Shown in pieces: positions 61,001-64,000 of a DNA stretch of 64,000 nt (within the stretch, counting starts at the first letter, position 1; the number at the start of each line of letters is the position of its first letter). Below the pieces are notes generated by a model that worked only from the letters and a program-made list of their open reading frames with translations, was not told where the DNA came from and searched no databases. Made by a program: the position numbers and the translations under genes. Origin of the DNA: Callorhinchus milii (lineage: Eukaryota). The stretch spans positions 79,424,001 through 79,488,000 of the forward strand of contig NW_024704742.1 in NCBI RefSeq assembly GCF_018977255.1. The letters run 5' to 3'.

Positions 61001-61764
61001 CATGGATGGGAATACTGCAAGTATCATTTAAAATGCTGCCTTATAGGTTGCACTCCCAATATCACTAACGTAAAGTCTATTCGGTTAGCCATTCCTTTAG
61101 ATAGAAAGAGACCGGCTATAAGTGTGTTTAAAAATGTGCCTTAAGCAATTCCAATTTGGTGTATTATTGTAAACAGAAAAGAGGCATTTCCCCCAAAATA
61201 TGAGTTATCGCAAGTTGGTAGGTTTTAAATATAATCCGACCTCCCAGTAGGTGCACAAAAGCTGCTAGAGTCAGATACTCACTGAGCAGGTCTGTGCTGG
61301 CAATTGCTGACGTGGCCGTTTTGCAGAGTGTGTAGCGTATTTCAGCACTGGCAGTGGACAGAAAGTATGGCAATGTACATGCTAAATATAACAAAGATGC
61401 CAGCAAATTGTAAGTCGGGTCCCTTGGGGTGTAACACATTGAACAACACAAAATTATCTCTAGCTTAACAATCTCTTGTCTGCGAGGCATTTTTCAAGTG
61501 TAGACAGTGTGGTTTGTGACCCTTTCCCTCTTGCAGTTAGTAAGCGACCAATCCTTTTCTTTTCCCCCACCCGTGATTCATTTGCTGCAATTACTATCCA
61601 ACAATCATCAAGTTAAACAGAATAGAAAGTTTGAGCTGAGGGATGAAACCTCTGGTGTATTCTGTGGAGAAGACTGCAAGGTAGTTTTACTCTGCCTTTT
61701 TAGCTTCCTTTCTTATTACAATGGGAATTTCTGAGGATGTCACCAATGTGTTCTATGCAGGTTA

Positions 61765-62040
61765 TTTATAATAATATAATGCTTGCATGGCAGCGTGCAA
61801 CATTGTCGAGACATCTCAGAGGGCTTCACAAGATTTTTACTATAAATTATAATGACTGTGTATTTGGGAGCGAACCGTGACAGCCAATTTGTGCACCACA
61901 ATGTTGCTTTGCGTCCACAACTATAAACACACTTCACAAGTAATTGATGTAGAGTGTAGTTGCTCTGCATTATTGACAAAGGTGGCAATCGTTTTGCACA
62001 CAGAAAGGTCTCATGCAACTATGAGGTGACCAATTCATTA
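61765..62040 (-). mobile_element. Decayed Deu-SINE 3' part
   Basis: gagacatctcagagggcttcac...gactgtgtatttgggagcgaa...cagccaatttgtgcac. Confidence 0.7.
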
Positions 62041-62124
62041 AAAAAAAGTCAGAAAATCAAACCCGAGTCACAACAAAGCCCATTGTAAAAGTGGACACAA
62101 GTTCATGCTTCCAGGTCATCAGGT

Positions 62125-62310
62125 CAACAAAAACAACACATTACGTTTATATAGTGCCTTTCACATTGGAAGGACATCCCGAGGCACTGGACAAAGGTTT
62201 GCACTTGGACTGGGGGTTGGAATCAAGATGGGTGGGGGTGACAGGGAGGCCAAAGGCATAGTCAAAGAGAAAGTCTTGAGACAGGCTTTGAAGGAGGCAG
62301 GGGAGGGGGT
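62125..62310 (-). mobile_element. L2 3' end
   Basis: caacaaaaacaacacattacgtttatatagtgcctttcac...gtcaaagagaaagtcttgagac. Confidence 0.85.
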
Positions 62311-62314
62311 GATA

Positions 62315-62735
62315 AACTGTGTAACCCATCACACCAGTTCTAGCCAGGCTCCACTGGCTCTCTATCACCGAATAGATCAATTTTAAGATCCTCACACTCG
62401 TTTTCAAAACCCATCATGCCTTGGCACCTCCCTACCTCTCCAACCTGCTTAACCCCAATCCATTACCTGCTGCCTCCGCTCGATAGGCTCCAGCCTTCTG
62501 CATGTCCCTCGTGTCTTCAGTTCCACCATCGGTGGCCGCACTTTCAGCCACTATGCCTGAAAGCGTTTCCTCTATCCCTCTGTCTTGCCCCTTCCTTCCC
62601 ATCTTCAGATCGCGCCCGAAGACCTTCCTATTCGACCGTGCCTATGGTCTCCTCCCCCTGCGTCATGCTCTGCCACTGTAAAGCGCTGTCCTTCGTGAGG
62701 GGCATTATATAAATTCAAGTTGTAGTTGTTGTTGT
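62315..62735 (+). mobile_element. L2 3' fragment
   Basis: ctccactggctc (LHWL)...tttaagatcctc...ccaccatcggtggccgc...tatataaattcaagttgtagttgttgttg. Confidence 0.88.
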
Positions 62736-63954
62736 AAGGATTTTATTTATTATTAAATTAAGACTGAATTCAAGAATTTTTGTCAGTTCTGAACAATCTT
62801 AAACATTCAGACAGAATGGTTATACAGGCTAAAGACTAAATGAAATTTCAGGGCTTTGCTCCTTATGTTCATAATCGATCAATAAAAAGAAAACCCACCT
62901 CTGTTAATTGTAACACACAAAATAGCATTCTATTAGAATAGAATCAAGAGTACCATTTATTTAAACTGGCATTTAGCTACTTTGTTAGTTGCTATTTTAA
63001 CGTTTCACAAGATTCAAAGATTGTCCTTTTCAAAAAAAAAGCTCTTCAGGAGAGAGCGAAAAAAAATACAGATTTCTTCAGGATGAAAACAGGGTACATA
63101 TCCTCAGCGCACGATTACAGCCTCGCAGGTGAAGTCACAGGGAAGCAAACTGCGTGTGTAGTACATGCTTGGAATATCTTAGTCTGCAAATGCAGGAATT
63201 CTGAATTGTACCTTGGTTCAGAATGGACTTTCTGCAAATGTTTATCCCCTTTCCTTTCTCTGTCATTCTACCGTCCTTCCTCGCTTTTTCTGCCACTTAT
63301 TTCAGAGGAGAAGACAGTTTTGTTAATCTGACTGAGCGGAAGCCATCAGGACAAAAATAGATTTTCATCAAAAGCTGCTCTTGCTTTGGTTACTACTCGA
63401 ATGGAGTTTCTTCCTTCTATTCCTATGCCCCAGGCTATGATTTGAGTGCACCCAAGTGCACAGGAGGGGAGAGGATGAATAAAAACAAAGGTGCTGTATT
63501 TAGGAGGAAAAAAATTGTGCGTGTTCAAGTTCAAGGATCAGGTTGAGAAACACAAACAGGTTGCCCCTTTTGTGGTAGTTTAATGAATGATCCCAAAGCA
63601 GCAGTGCTCAGTTGTGACTCTCATACGTGAATGTTAGATAGTCTCAACTGTGAATGCAATGCTTTAAGGCAGGTAAAATCCCTGCAGACAGAGGCCACTT
63701 TAAACCCTGGTGATCACTGAGGAGAAGATTAAATGTATGAGAGCAATGATTGGAAATCCATTATTAAAGTCTCTCTTTTGCCTGAACAGGTATATGATGG
63801 AACCCGTGCTTTGAGAACACTGAGCGGTGTATGGTTGAAATAATGATCTCAGCTGGTAATGGTACGTAAAATATTTTTTTTCTCACACTCCAAGACTATC
63901 CTGTTACAAGCAAACCCTTCATATCGATGTGTGTTCTTGTCTACTTGTAAGATA

Positions 63955-64000
63955 ATTTAGCTTCTATGAGAATTCAGCTTCTATAAGATTTCAGCTTCTA
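63955..64000. repeat. 17-bp tandem repeat running off the window end
   Basis: Unit approximately ttcagcttctat(g/a)aga(a/t), about 3 copies visible. Confidence 0.75.

Overview
AT-rich, CpG-depleted, repeat-dense vertebrate non-coding DNA (intron or intergenic). The repeat inventory points to a cartilaginous fish, most likely a holocephalan such as Callorhinchus milii; this is inferred from recalled repeat families, not from a search. No intact protein-coding gene, rRNA, genuine tRNA or CRISPR array is recognisable. Every ORF I can assign to a protein family is a decayed LINE ORF2 piece: CR1 clade (e.g. 154-483, 16280-16525, 41522-41860, 57666-57902) or L2 clade (longest 52011-53081, RT with YADD). 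Dozens of tRNA-headed SINEs of the Deu-domain (SacSINE1-like) type share the L2 3' tail. They occur as an older ~430-bp form and a younger ~320-bp form with a tRNA-Ala-like head. Most notable: a 640-bp non-autonomous hAT element with a perfect 8-bp TSD and internal fold-back arms; a Penelope-type terminal remnant with a decayed hammerhead ribozyme core; an unclassified 5'-truncated repeat family; an LF-SINE-like relic; chimeric and nested SINEs; a repeat-plus-variable-spacer array; and several repeat-free islands with exon-like or enhancer-like signals. I find no convincing evidence of a novel multi-gene system. Boundaries were read by eye and are approximate (about +/-20 bp) unless a TSD is quoted.
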